NCBI GenBank assembly: GCA_030537935.1
Contig: JAUNUY010000005.1
Span: 8,347 to 72,346, forward strand
Origin: Eubacteriales bacterium
GTDB taxonomy: Bacteria > Bacillota > Clostridia > Lachnospirales > Lachnospiraceae
DNA length: 64,000 nt
Direction of reading: 5' to 3'
Below, in pieces: positions 55,301 through 63,886 of this stretch (positions within the stretch are counted from its first letter, which is position 1; every line of letters begins with the position of its first letter). A program made the translations under genes and the position numbers. The notes below the pieces were generated by a model. That model did no database searches. It worked only from the letters and a program-made list of their open reading frames with translations, and had not been told where the DNA came from.

Positions 55301-55318
55301 TTGATAAATAATTATCAA
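55301..55318. promoter_or_regulatory. 7-4-7 inverted repeat, Rex-operator-like
   Basis: TTGATAA-ATAA-TTATCAA sits in the adh / ppk2 divergent intergenic region. The architecture is the same as TTGTTAAnnnnTTAACAA. Confidence 0.3.
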
Positions 55319-55520
55319 TATTCGTGCGAAGTGACGAAAATCATCGCAAGTAATGAATAAATGAAGAAATGAAAACGAAAGGACGTGCCGGATAATGTTC
55401 TCTTCGTGGTCTTATTGTCGGGAGGAACATCTCGTCGCACCGGGGAAGCACAGGACGGAGGAATTGAAATCCATCGCGGAATGGGATAAAATAAAGGCAT
55501 GAATTCGGGAAGGAGGGCGT

Positions 55521-57023
55521 ATGCTGAACAATTTTATATTTGAGAATGAAAACCCCGAGTGGACACGGTCCGAGATGGAAGAGATGATGGGGCGACTATC
55601 GCGAAAAACCTTGCAGGAGAAAATTCCGGTCCTCATTGTCGTAGACGGTTGGGAATCGTCGGGAAAGGGTTTCGTCATTTCCCGTTTGATTAAGGGACTG
55701 GATCCCCGCTACTTTGAGGTGAGTGTCTTTGAAGAGCCTACGGATGAGGAGCGGAAGCATCCGTTTATGTGGCGGTTTTGGAAGAGCATCCCGAAGAAGG
55801 GAACAACGGCCATTTTTGACCGAAGCATCTATTTTAAATTGATGCATAATTTGCGGATGGACGATTATGAACTGAAAACGGCGGTGGAAGAGATTTCCGT
55901 CATGGAAAAGCAGTTGCATGCGGATGACACCATCGTACTGAAAATCTTCCTGCATGAAACGCGGGAAACTCAGGCGAAGCGAATACGGGAGTATGAGGAG
56001 GGCAAGTATCAGAGTTTCTTCATCTCCAGTCGAGATTATCGTCAGAACAAGTTATATGATAAGTACCTGAAACATTTTTCCAAGATATTGGCGTGGTCGC
56101 ATACGGAAGCATGTCCGTGGAAGGTGTTTTCATCGGAGGATTTAAAGGCATGCGCCAAGGAGGTTCTTCGCTATGCGGTGAATTATATCGGTTGCGGTAT
56201 CGACCGGATTTTAAAGAATCGGACCATGCAGTACTCACCGTATCGTAATTACGTGGAAGACCGTCATCTCTTGAATACGGTGGATTTGGCGGCGAGTATC
56301 GAGCCGGCGGATTATCGGACGGAGAAGAAACGTTTGCAGACGGAGATTGCCGAGTTGGCGATGCGGTTCAAGGCGGAGGAAATACCGATGGTCGTCGTCT
56401 TCGAGGGCATGGATGCGGCCGGGAAAGGCGGATGTATCCGCCGTCTGACGGCTAAGATTGATCCGCGGCTCTACCATGTATCAACGACGGCCAAGCCGTC
56501 TTCCGAGGAATACCGTTATCACTACCTCTGGCGATTTTATCGTCGTTTGCCGAAGAACGGGGAGATTACGATTTTTGACCGTTCCTGGTACGGTCGGGTG
56601 ATGGTGGAGCGGATCGAAGGCTTTGCGACGGAAAAGGAGTGGGATCGCGCCTACGAGGAAATCAATGACTTTGAGCTGTATATGACGCGACATGATACCT
56701 TGTTGATTAAGTTCTTTTTGTACATCGACAGTGAAGAACAGTACAATCGTTTTAAAGCACGGGAGGAGAATCCGCAGAAGGCGTGGAAGTTGACGGACGA
56801 GGACTGGCGAAACCGCGAGAAATGGGATGCGTACGTTGTCAGTATGAATGAAATGTTGGCACGGACGGACAAGGCGTCGCCTTGGGTCCTCATTGCCGGC
56901 AACGACAAGAAATATGAGCGGATTGAAGTTCTGAAAGAGGTACGGCGCCGGATGGAAGAACATTTGGCGGCGGTCACCGCGCGGCGTGCACGTCGGAAGG
57001 CACGGAAAGAAGAGCGTAAATAG
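55521..57023 (+). CDS. Two-domain PPK2-family enzyme (polyphosphate:AMP/NMP phosphotransferase type)
   Basis: Two PPK2 repeats: VLIVVDGWESSGKGFVISRL...FDRSIY and VVVFEGMDAAGKGGCIRRL...FDRSWYGRV. Confidence 0.85.
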   Translation: MLNNFIFENENPEWTRSEMEEMMGRLSRKTLQEKIPVLIVVDGWESSGKGFVISRLIKGLDPRYFEVSVFEEPTDEERKHPFMWRFWKSIPKKGTTAIFDRSIYFKLMHNLRMDDYELKTAVEEISVMEKQLHADDTIVLKIFLHETRETQAKRIREYEEGKYQSFFISSRDYRQNKLYDKYLKHFSKILAWSHTEACPWKVFSSEDLKACAKEVLRYAVNYIGCGIDRILKNRTMQYSPYRNYVEDRHLLNTVDLAASIEPADYRTEKKRLQTEIAELAMRFKAEEIPMVVVFEGMDAAGKGGCIRRLTAKIDPRLYHVSTTAKPSSEEYRYHYLWRFYRRLPKNGEITIFDRSWYGRVMVERIEGFATEKEWDRAYEEINDFELYMTRHDTLLIKFFLYIDSEEQYNRFKAREENPQKAWKLTDEDWRNREKWDAYVVSMNEMLARTDKASPWVLIAGNDKKYERIEVLKEVRRRMEEHLAAVTARRARRKARKEERK

Positions 57024-57071
57024 AATAAACGGATACCGAGTCATCCGAGGAGGACCGGTATCCGTTTATTC
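57023..57071. terminator. Bidirectional terminator
   Basis: GAATAAACGGATACCG-loop-CGGTATCCGTTTATTC. Confidence 0.7.
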
Positions 57072-57451
57072 TATTTACGCTTCAGGCAGATGATGAGATA
57101 AAGGAGACTTAAATTTAAGGCGTAAAAGCCTGTCATGGCGTAATTTTGCATGACCATGGATTGGATGGGCGGAATCAATTTCAATAGAAAACGCGGTAAA
57201 AGAAAGAGGATACCCGTGATGAGGCCGATGATGGCCGCAATCAGATGGAAGCGGGCGGAGCGAAGAATAAAGTTAATCAGAAAGGCTCCGAGAACCAGTG
57301 CATAACAGAGGATAAAAAGAACGAATGTCTCCGTCTTGCCCTCACCCATCAGCAAAGGATTGCCGGTGGTTTGCAGCAGATATGCGAGCAGGGAAATGCT
57401 TGCGGCAGGGAAGAGTATCAGGATAATATTATTGACTAATCTGTTTTTCAT
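57071..57451 (-). CDS. Small polytopic membrane protein, unknown function
   Basis: Start at ATG 57451 (AGGAGC RBS); four hydrophobic segments. Confidence 0.5.
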   Translation of the reverse strand: MKNRLVNNIILILFPAASISLLAYLLQTTGNPLLMGEGKTETFVLFILCYALVLGAFLINFILRSARFHLIAAIIGLITGILFLLPRFLLKLIPPIQSMVMQNYAMTGFYALNLSLLYLIICLKRK

Positions 57452-57606
57452 AGTGCTCCTTTCACAGGAATAATAATATAATATCCACGCCAAATGTCAA
57501 GCAGGTTCACGGTCGTTTTTCATGCGACACTTGCTTTTTTCATGAACGCTATTGAGAATGGGAATCTTTAGTGTTATGATAAAGCAGTGGAAAGGAAGGT
57601 AGATTG

Positions 57607-58113
57607 ATGAGAGGAATGATAGTATATTCATCTAAAACGGGCAATACGGAGAAGCTGGCACGGAGACTTTACGAAGCATACAAAGACCGTCATGAGTTGA
57701 CACTCTGTTCAGTAAAAGAGTTCAAGAGTAAGAAGGATGACGCGTATGATTTTATTTTGTTCGGCGGATGGATTGATCGGGCCATGCCGGATAAAAAGAT
57801 TTTAAAAGCATTCAAAAAGACGACGGTTGATAAGGTCGGCTTTTTCGTTACCATGGGGGCGGAGCCGGTGAGCGAACATGGCGATGACTGTAAGAAAAAT
57901 CTTCTTGAGTTGATGCAAGGTCGTGACAGTTTAGGCTATGCCATCCTGCCGGGCATCGTCGATCCGAAGCTGGTTGCGGAGATGGACGGCAAGGGCTGGA
58001 AGGCGAAGGTGATTCCGGAACGGGTTCGTATAAAGATGGTGGAAGCCGGGAAAAACTCCCGCATGCCGACCGAAGAGGAATACGAAGCGGCGATTCGCGC
58101 ATTTGATTTATAG
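57607..58113 (+). CDS. Flavodoxin-family protein
   Basis: MIVYSSKTGNTEKLARRL and ILFGGWI. Confidence 0.75.
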   Translation: MRGMIVYSSKTGNTEKLARRLYEAYKDRHELTLCSVKEFKSKKDDAYDFILFGGWIDRAMPDKKILKAFKKTTVDKVGFFVTMGAEPVSEHGDDCKKNLLELMQGRDSLGYAILPGIVDPKLVAEMDGKGWKAKVIPERVRIKMVEAGKNSRMPTEEEYEAAIRAFDL

Positions 58114-58125
58114 AGAATATTCAGG

Positions 58126-58158
58126 GCTGACGGAGGTAAGATCCGCAGCTCTTTTTTA
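58126..58158 (+). terminator. Rho-independent terminator
   Basis: GCTGACGGA-loop-TCCGCAGC followed by TCTTTTTTATT. Confidence 0.6.
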
Positions 58159-58626
58159 TTGCGGGTGATGTGTCCTTCATGTCGGACGGAGAAGGCGACG
58201 GGATGATTGAGACATCATGTGGCGGGGTGGGTGCATAGCATTATAATCCTTTCGTTTAGTTGAAAATCTTATTTCACAACATGCGGTTAACCCCTTTTAA
58301 TGGATTGACATAGTTGTTAACGTAAAAAGGATTAATTTTTTCAACCTTAACATTTGGCAGGCGTAATAGATACCAATATAATGATTACTGTAATGGGTCG
58401 ATTTTCGACTTGTATTTTCAAGTTATCAGGGTACATTTTAACGGTGTCATGGAGCATCAGATTGTGGACTTGTCCGCCTTCTATATTTTATAAGTTGCCT
58501 GTTTTTTGTCCTTTCCGCGCAAGGGTCAGAATAACTTTCGATATAATGGACCTTGCCATTTTTAAGTTCTTCTTTCCACGTTTGACACCTCTTTACTTGG
58601 CTTAGTTTGAGAGTTATGATATGACA

Positions 58627-58657
58627 AGGCCCGCCCTTGCCGGCGGGCCTTTTTTTA
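58627..58657. terminator. GC-rich hairpin with T-run
   Basis: AGGCCCGCC-loop-GGCGGGCCT followed by TTTTTTT, just downstream of the FxLYD gene on the other strand. Confidence 0.5.
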
Positions 58658-58663
58658 TTTAAA

Positions 58664-59095
58664 TTAAAATCCGGTAATATCCGGTTCATCCGTATGGATG
58701 TCGATTTCTTTTTCCGTGCCAAGATATATGGCTTTGAATTTCCAGGATTTACCCGGTTCAAGATTATTTACGTTATCCAGTGCCGTTCCGAGTTTGTTTC
58801 CGTCCTTGTCGTATACGGGGAACTCGACTTGTACATAGGATTTTTTGCTATCGGTATTGTTCACGAGGACACCGGTAACATAATGTGCCACTTCGTCGCT
58901 TTCAACGGCAACGTCCTTCAGCTCATAATCCTTTTTCTCTTCCTTTTTCTCTTCTTTTTGTTCTTTCTTATCAGCGGTTTGTTCCATGGTGGTTGCTTCT
59001 TTCTTATCGCCTTTGTCTTTGGTCGTCTCCACGATAGCCACAATGACGATAATTGCTACAATAGCGCCGATGATAAATTTCAATGCTTTCTTCAT
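58664..59095 (-). CDS. FxLYD-domain-like membrane-anchored protein
   Basis: N-terminal TM, K/E-rich linker, then YVTGVLVNNTDSKKSYVQVEFPVYDKDGNKLG...LEPGKSWKFKA. Confidence 0.55.
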   Translation of the reverse strand: MKKALKFIIGAIVAIIVIVAIVETTKDKGDKKEATTMEQTADKKEQKEEKKEEKKDYELKDVAVESDEVAHYVTGVLVNNTDSKKSYVQVEFPVYDKDGNKLGTALDNVNNLEPGKSWKFKAIYLGTEKEIDIHTDEPDITGF

Positions 59096-59251
59096 TTGTA
59101 TTCCTCCTAAAAATTAATCGTAACAGTGTGATTGCTTGTCCGATTGGGCTATGGAGGGATACTCCGTATGGGGGCAGCATCATCTATGCCGGACCCCCTA
59201 TATATAAGTTAGTTGAGTTGTTCATGTGTTCCCCTACGTTGGTTTAAATTG

Positions 59252-59276
59252 AAAAACCGCTATCGAATGATAGCGG
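59252..59276 (-). terminator. Rho-independent terminator of the Abi gene
   Basis: CCGCTATC-GAAT-GATAGCGG with an A5 run on the plus strand (T5 after the hairpin on the minus strand). Confidence 0.7.
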
Positions 59277-59367
59277 CTCTTCGACCGAGGAATTATCGTC
59301 CATACCGGCCTTCTCTATGCCACTATCATAGCAATATATTTGATGAAAGTCAATTCATTTTCTTAAT

Positions 59368-60369
59368 TTATTTTATATTTAAATAGTGAAGAATATCCAG
59401 ATCATTGTCAAGGAACATACCGTCTATAATTCGATTCTCTCTAATTCCCATTTTATTTAATACATAGTGATATGCTGGTTTTGGAAGCAAGTGATTTAGT
59501 ACGTTTAGTTTCCTATGTAAGAAACTTGCAAGTCTATCAAACTCATCTTTGCTTAGAAAGTATTTCAGGGCAATCAGTAAGTCGAAGAAATCACGATATT
59601 TTTGGTTTGGGCTTTTGCCAAAATTAGAAATAAATAATTGTATAATCTGTTCATTCTTATATATTCGATGATTTAATCTTGTAGAAAAGAATCGTTCGTT
59701 ATGTGCGGAAGCATTACGAAAAATTCGTATACAATGTAAAAAAGAGAGCAATATTTTTCTACTTTGTATTCTATAACGAGAACATAATGTCTTATATACA
59801 GAGCTTTTACTGTTGGCGATGATTGAGATTAAGGTTGAAAAGTTGACGACTTTGAAAGCAATCCATGTGGGCAGTTGTTCATCTTTATTTCTGTAGTGTG
59901 TAATATAATCATTTTTAGAACGACCTACATTAATACAAACTTGATTAATGGTCTTCTGTATAATCTTCTTGTCTTTGGTGTCATCATATGAATTTACATC
60001 AGACCAATGCGTTAATCCATTATTATTAGATTTATCGAATTGATAGATTGTAAGAGCGCGTACTTCGTGTTCTATTGACTTTAGCAGTGGGAATAGATAT
60101 CCGCTTAATTGCTGATCAAAAGAATATAGGTCGTATATATTGTCAACCGAAACGTCTTTAAGATAAATATGTTCACCATTTTTGTTTCTCCCGGTTACAA
60201 ATGGTTCTTTGTATCCATTAATTAAATTAAAATAACCTATTCTGGCAAGATAATCATACTCCCGTTCTGTATTACAAGATATTCCTTTTTTATTTAAAAG
60301 CTCAATCTGTTCATCATAGGTTAGAAATCGTTTTTTCTGATTGTTATCCATAGTCAATTTACTTTGCAT
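59368..60369 (-). CDS. Abi_2 (AbiD/AbiF-like) abortive-infection protein
   Basis: RIGYFNLINGY, LPTWIAFKVVNFSTL and the hallmark IRIFRNASAHNERFF. AT-rich. The start could also be ATG 60351. Confidence 0.8.
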   Translation of the reverse strand: MQSKLTMDNNQKKRFLTYDEQIELLNKKGISCNTEREYDYLARIGYFNLINGYKEPFVTGRNKNGEHIYLKDVSVDNIYDLYSFDQQLSGYLFPLLKSIEHEVRALTIYQFDKSNNNGLTHWSDVNSYDDTKDKKIIQKTINQVCINVGRSKNDYITHYRNKDEQLPTWIAFKVVNFSTLISIIANSKSSVYKTLCSRYRIQSRKILLSFLHCIRIFRNASAHNERFFSTRLNHRIYKNEQIIQLFISNFGKSPNQKYRDFFDLLIALKYFLSKDEFDRLASFLHRKLNVLNHLLPKPAYHYVLNKMGIRENRIIDGMFLDNDLDILHYLNIK

Positions 60370-60605
60370 ACAGTGCTCGGACGGTGAGCGGTTCCAACAT
60401 TAGAATCACATCCTGACACACCACATACACACCGTATGCGGCTCTGTAATATCTTACGGCTTCCGCCAGGAACTCAGGTGTTACGATCAGCGCCTCAGAG
60501 AGGCCAGACACATCCCTTGCGCCTTCCGATATGGCGAATGCGATAGCATCGCACATCGACGTTCTCGATGTCTGCCAAGGTTTCTAGTTGTCCGCGTACG
60601 TCCAT

Positions 60606-61091
60606 CTAGTCCGCCTTGTTGTCTTTCTTCTTCCGTGCCGCCTCGATGATGTCATGGATGGCGATGAGTGCATCATCTGATGTGACGTTGCCGCCGTCTT
60701 TACGATGGGCCGCCAAGGTGAAGGGATCTTCTTCGATGACATCTGCCCTATAACGGGGGTTTCCGGATAAATCTTCCGCATAGCGGTAGACCTGTTCCTT
60801 GCCGTCGTTGTTCATAACGTGCGTCAAGCTGAGTATCCTTTTTTCGATTTCGGAAACATCAATGGTGGGCACCTCTGTTTTATACATAGGTACATCCTCG
60901 CCGCCTAACCATTCGGGATTTACGTTTAATAAGTCCGCTATAGCAATGATATTCTCATATTTTGCACAGTATTTACCACGCACCCATCCGGTAACAGTGG
61001 CGGTGCTGACTTGTAAATGTCGGGATATTTGCGCCTGTGTCATATCGCGCAGTCTTAGTGCCTCTTTTAACCTTTCTCCAAAAGTAGCCAT
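60606..61091 (-). CDS. cI-like XRE-family repressor (no peptidase domain)
   Basis: Start at ATG 61091 (AAAGGAGGGG RBS). FGERLKEALRLRDMTQAQISRHLQVSTATVTGWVRGK. Confidence 0.8.
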   Translation of the reverse strand: MATFGERLKEALRLRDMTQAQISRHLQVSTATVTGWVRGKYCAKYENIIAIADLLNVNPEWLGGEDVPMYKTEVPTIDVSEIEKRILSLTHVMNNDGKEQVYRYAEDLSGNPRYRADVIEEDPFTLAAHRKDGGNVTSDDALIAIHDIIEAARKKKDNKAD

Positions 61092-61237
61092 ATCCCCTCC
61101 TTTTCTGTAATCCAATTATAAAGCCACCTTAATTTAAAAGCAAGAGTTATTTATAAAAAATTAAGAAAACGTGAAAAAAATCCCTTAAATAATAAGATAA
61201 CTTATGGAAAGCTAGGTCAAGTTAGAGGAAGGAGGGA

Positions 61238-61453
61238 GTGATGGGTTATGATTATAGCAAGCTAAGAGGACTAATCCGGGAGCATTACGGTACGCAAGGA
61301 AAGTTTGCCAAAGAGTTGGGCTTATCCACGGTATCATTATCTGGTCGCTTAAATAATCAGCTGACATTCAAGCAAAGCGAAATGTTGATGAGGATGAAAC
61401 TATTAGGAGAGCCTGCGTGGAAGATTGGTGATATTTTTTATAAAATTAACTAA
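61238..61453 (+). CDS. DUF739-like Cro-type small regulator
   Basis: YDYSKLRGLIREHYGTQGKFAKELGLSTVSLSGRLNNQLTFKQSEM. Divergent from the cI-like gene. Confidence 0.65.
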   Translation: MMGYDYSKLRGLIREHYGTQGKFAKELGLSTVSLSGRLNNQLTFKQSEMLMRMKLLGEPAWKIGDIFYKIN

Positions 61454-61713
61454 GTTAACTGAGGTAAAGCAAAGATAGCGTGAGACCGCCTTTACAAGCG
61501 GCTGACAGTTATCTTCATATCTACTTCCTATATAAATAGTGTTATACCTGTCAGTCGTCTGTGAGGGCGGTATGGAAAAGAAAGGAGAAAGGAAGTGACA
61601 GATGAATAGAGATGAGTTGCGAAAAGTGATTGACGAAATGATTGACCGGATGGATGATAGGGCATTAAAAAAGCTCCATGCCCTATTAGAAGGGATGGAG
61701 CGATGGGGACGGA

Positions 61714-62067
61714 TTAGTCGCCAGCGTTGAGCTTGCGGAGGTATTCTTTTACGCCTTGCCTTTGTTCAGGCGGTAACTGTAGATAGGCGGTGACGATACG
61801 CTTGTCAAAGTCATCGAGGTTGAACTCGCGAGAGAGAGCAGCAAGGATGCTGCCATCATCTTCGGCGAACATCTCACCCTCACCTGTACGTAACCACTGT
61901 TCGTTAACGTGGTATTCGCGGCAGATGGAGAAGATAGTCTGTTCGGTGGCATTATATCGTCCGTTCTCAAGATTGCTTATAGCCATTCTTGTCAGACCGA
62001 TAGGCTTGCCGAATTTCTCCCCGCTCAATTTCAATGTTTTTCTGAGTTGTCTAATTCGTTCGTTCAC
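61714..62067 (-). CDS. XRE-family HTH regulator, paralogue 1
   Basis: MNERIRQLRKTLKLSGEKFGKPIGLTRMAISNLENGRYNATEQTIFSICREYHVNEQWLRTGEGEMF. Confidence 0.8.
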   Translation of the reverse strand: MNERIRQLRKTLKLSGEKFGKPIGLTRMAISNLENGRYNATEQTIFSICREYHVNEQWLRTGEGEMFAEDDGSILAALSREFNLDDFDKRIVTAYLQLPPEQRQGVKEYLRKLNAGD

Positions 62068-62468
62068 TTGTAAACCTCCTGTACGTAATTATACAGGAAG
62101 ATACGATTTAGTCAACAAAATGTTTTGAAAGCTTACAAAAATATATTTGCAAATTACTATCTATGTCTTATAGAGTAAATATACGATATAGAAAGTAGGG
62201 CATAAAGGTGCATAAGAGACAAAAAAAGTCTAATGAAAAACTCCTAAAACTAGCACTTATTACCACGATAATTAGCTTGTTGGAGAAAGTCATCGACTTA
62301 ATCATTAGACTTTTAGATGTTGCGGGGCGTTAGCCCCTCGACATCCTCATCTTTGATTATATATGGAGTTTCAAGATAAAGCAATTAAAATACTGCTGAT
62401 TTTGCACATGGCACTGTCTGTGGTCTCAATTATTTTCAAGATTATAGGCAGGTAGTGGCGGGGGCAGT

Positions 62469-62822
62469 CTAATTATCTGCGTTGAGTTTACGGAGATACT
62501 CTTGGATACCTTCGCGTTGTTCAATCGGTAACTTTAGGTACGCGGCTACAATTTGTTTGACGAAGTCGTCAAGATTAAATTCACGGGTAAGTGCAGCGAT
62601 GATACTTTCATCGTTCTCGGCGAACATCTCGCCCTCGCCAGTGCGTAGCCACTGTCCGTTAACGTGGTATTCGCGGCAGATGGAGGTGATGGTCTGTTCA
62701 GTTGCGTTGTTCCGTCCGCTTTCAAGAAAAGAGACGGCGGCGTTGCTGATACCAATTTTTTCACCAAATTTGGCACCGCTTAATTTTAATGTTTTTCTGA
62801 GTTGTTTAATTCGTTCGTTCAT
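62469..62822 (-). CDS. XRE-family HTH regulator, paralogue 2
   Basis: Same length as paralogue 1; about three quarters identical by eye. Confidence 0.8.
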   Translation of the reverse strand: MNERIKQLRKTLKLSGAKFGEKIGISNAAVSFLESGRNNATEQTITSICREYHVNGQWLRTGEGEMFAENDESIIAALTREFNLDDFVKQIVAAYLKLPIEQREGIQEYLRKLNADN

Positions 62823-63426
62823 TTGTAAACCTCCTGTACTTTTAATTATAGTCTATCGTTAAAAAAAATCAACATAAATAATTAACTAAGTTAATAAAAA
62901 GAGTTGATAAAGTTGATTAGCTAAGCATAATCATAATTAAGTTAAGATGAAAGAAAGAAGCGCAAAAAGAGGCATAAAAAAATAGACGAGTTCACAAAGC
63001 TTATGATACTCGCCTTAGAAATAGCGACACTATTAACAGTGATTAAATTTTTAATCTCGACGCTATTCTAGGGCTGAGGGGCAATGTATCACTTTTTTAT
63101 CTGCCCGACAAGAGGATATGAAGTTTGAGAGAGTTAGCAGGTTCTATGAAACGAAAGGAGACACCATGAAAAAGAAACAGGACGCATGGGTATTTGTTGA
63201 ACAACTGGCAAAATTGAAAGAAGAAGATCGCTAGCGACTTTATTACATGATACCGGGGGCAACGATTTTCAGTGAGAAAAAAGAAAGAAAGGCAGAATAA
63301 CGAAAAATAAGCCAACGAAAAATGAATAAGTAAAAAGCCTAATAGCGGAACTTATCCCATTATTAGACTTGAAAGGCAAGCGTTATTTGATTGGTAAATT
63401 ACAGGGTAAAATCTATGCCCGAAAGG

Positions 63427-63768
63427 TCATAAAAGATGTTTTTTGAAATGCTCGATGGCTTTTTTACGAACATCTTTATCTAAGGAGACGTAGGCTTTTA
63501 ATATGCTCAATTCGAGCGGGTCAAGGTCATTTAGGAGGTTATCAATGGGGATATCATCTAGGGCGTTGAACATTTCGCCCTCACCCGTACGCAACCACCG
63601 CTCATTAACGTTGAACTCCCGGCAGATGGAGGTGATGGTCTGGTCGGTTGCGTTGTTCCGCCCGTTTTCAATTAAAGAGACGGCGGATTGTTTCAGACCG
63701 ATTTTTTCGCCAAATTTGGCACCACTCAATTTCAATGTTTTTCTAAGTTGTTTAATTCGTTCGTTCAT
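63427..63768 (-). CDS. XRE-family HTH regulator, paralogue 3
   Basis: Start at ATG 63768 (AAAGGAG RBS). The first ~67 aa are like paralogue 2; the C-terminal part differs. The 5' extension of ORF-track 63427..63978 is not credible. Confidence 0.8.
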   Translation of the reverse strand: MNERIKQLRKTLKLSGAKFGEKIGLKQSAVSLIENGRNNATDQTITSICREFNVNERWLRTGEGEMFNALDDIPIDNLLNDLDPLELSILKAYVSLDKDVRKKAIEHFKKHLL

Positions 63769-63886
63769 TGGTGCTCCTTTCTTTGTTTTATGATTATAGC
63801 ATTTAAATATTATTCTGCAATAAAAAGCACTTACAAATAAATGTTTGACAATAAAAAAATATTGTATAGCAATAATAAGGGAGGAT

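Noticed and set aside
58447-58761. 104-aa minus-strand ORF overlapping the FxLYD gene's 3' end and the GC hairpin
   Set aside because: It spans a terminator-like hairpin and overlaps a better gene. Only its distal part (58450..58610) looks like a broken integrase N-terminus, which is noted under the island finding.
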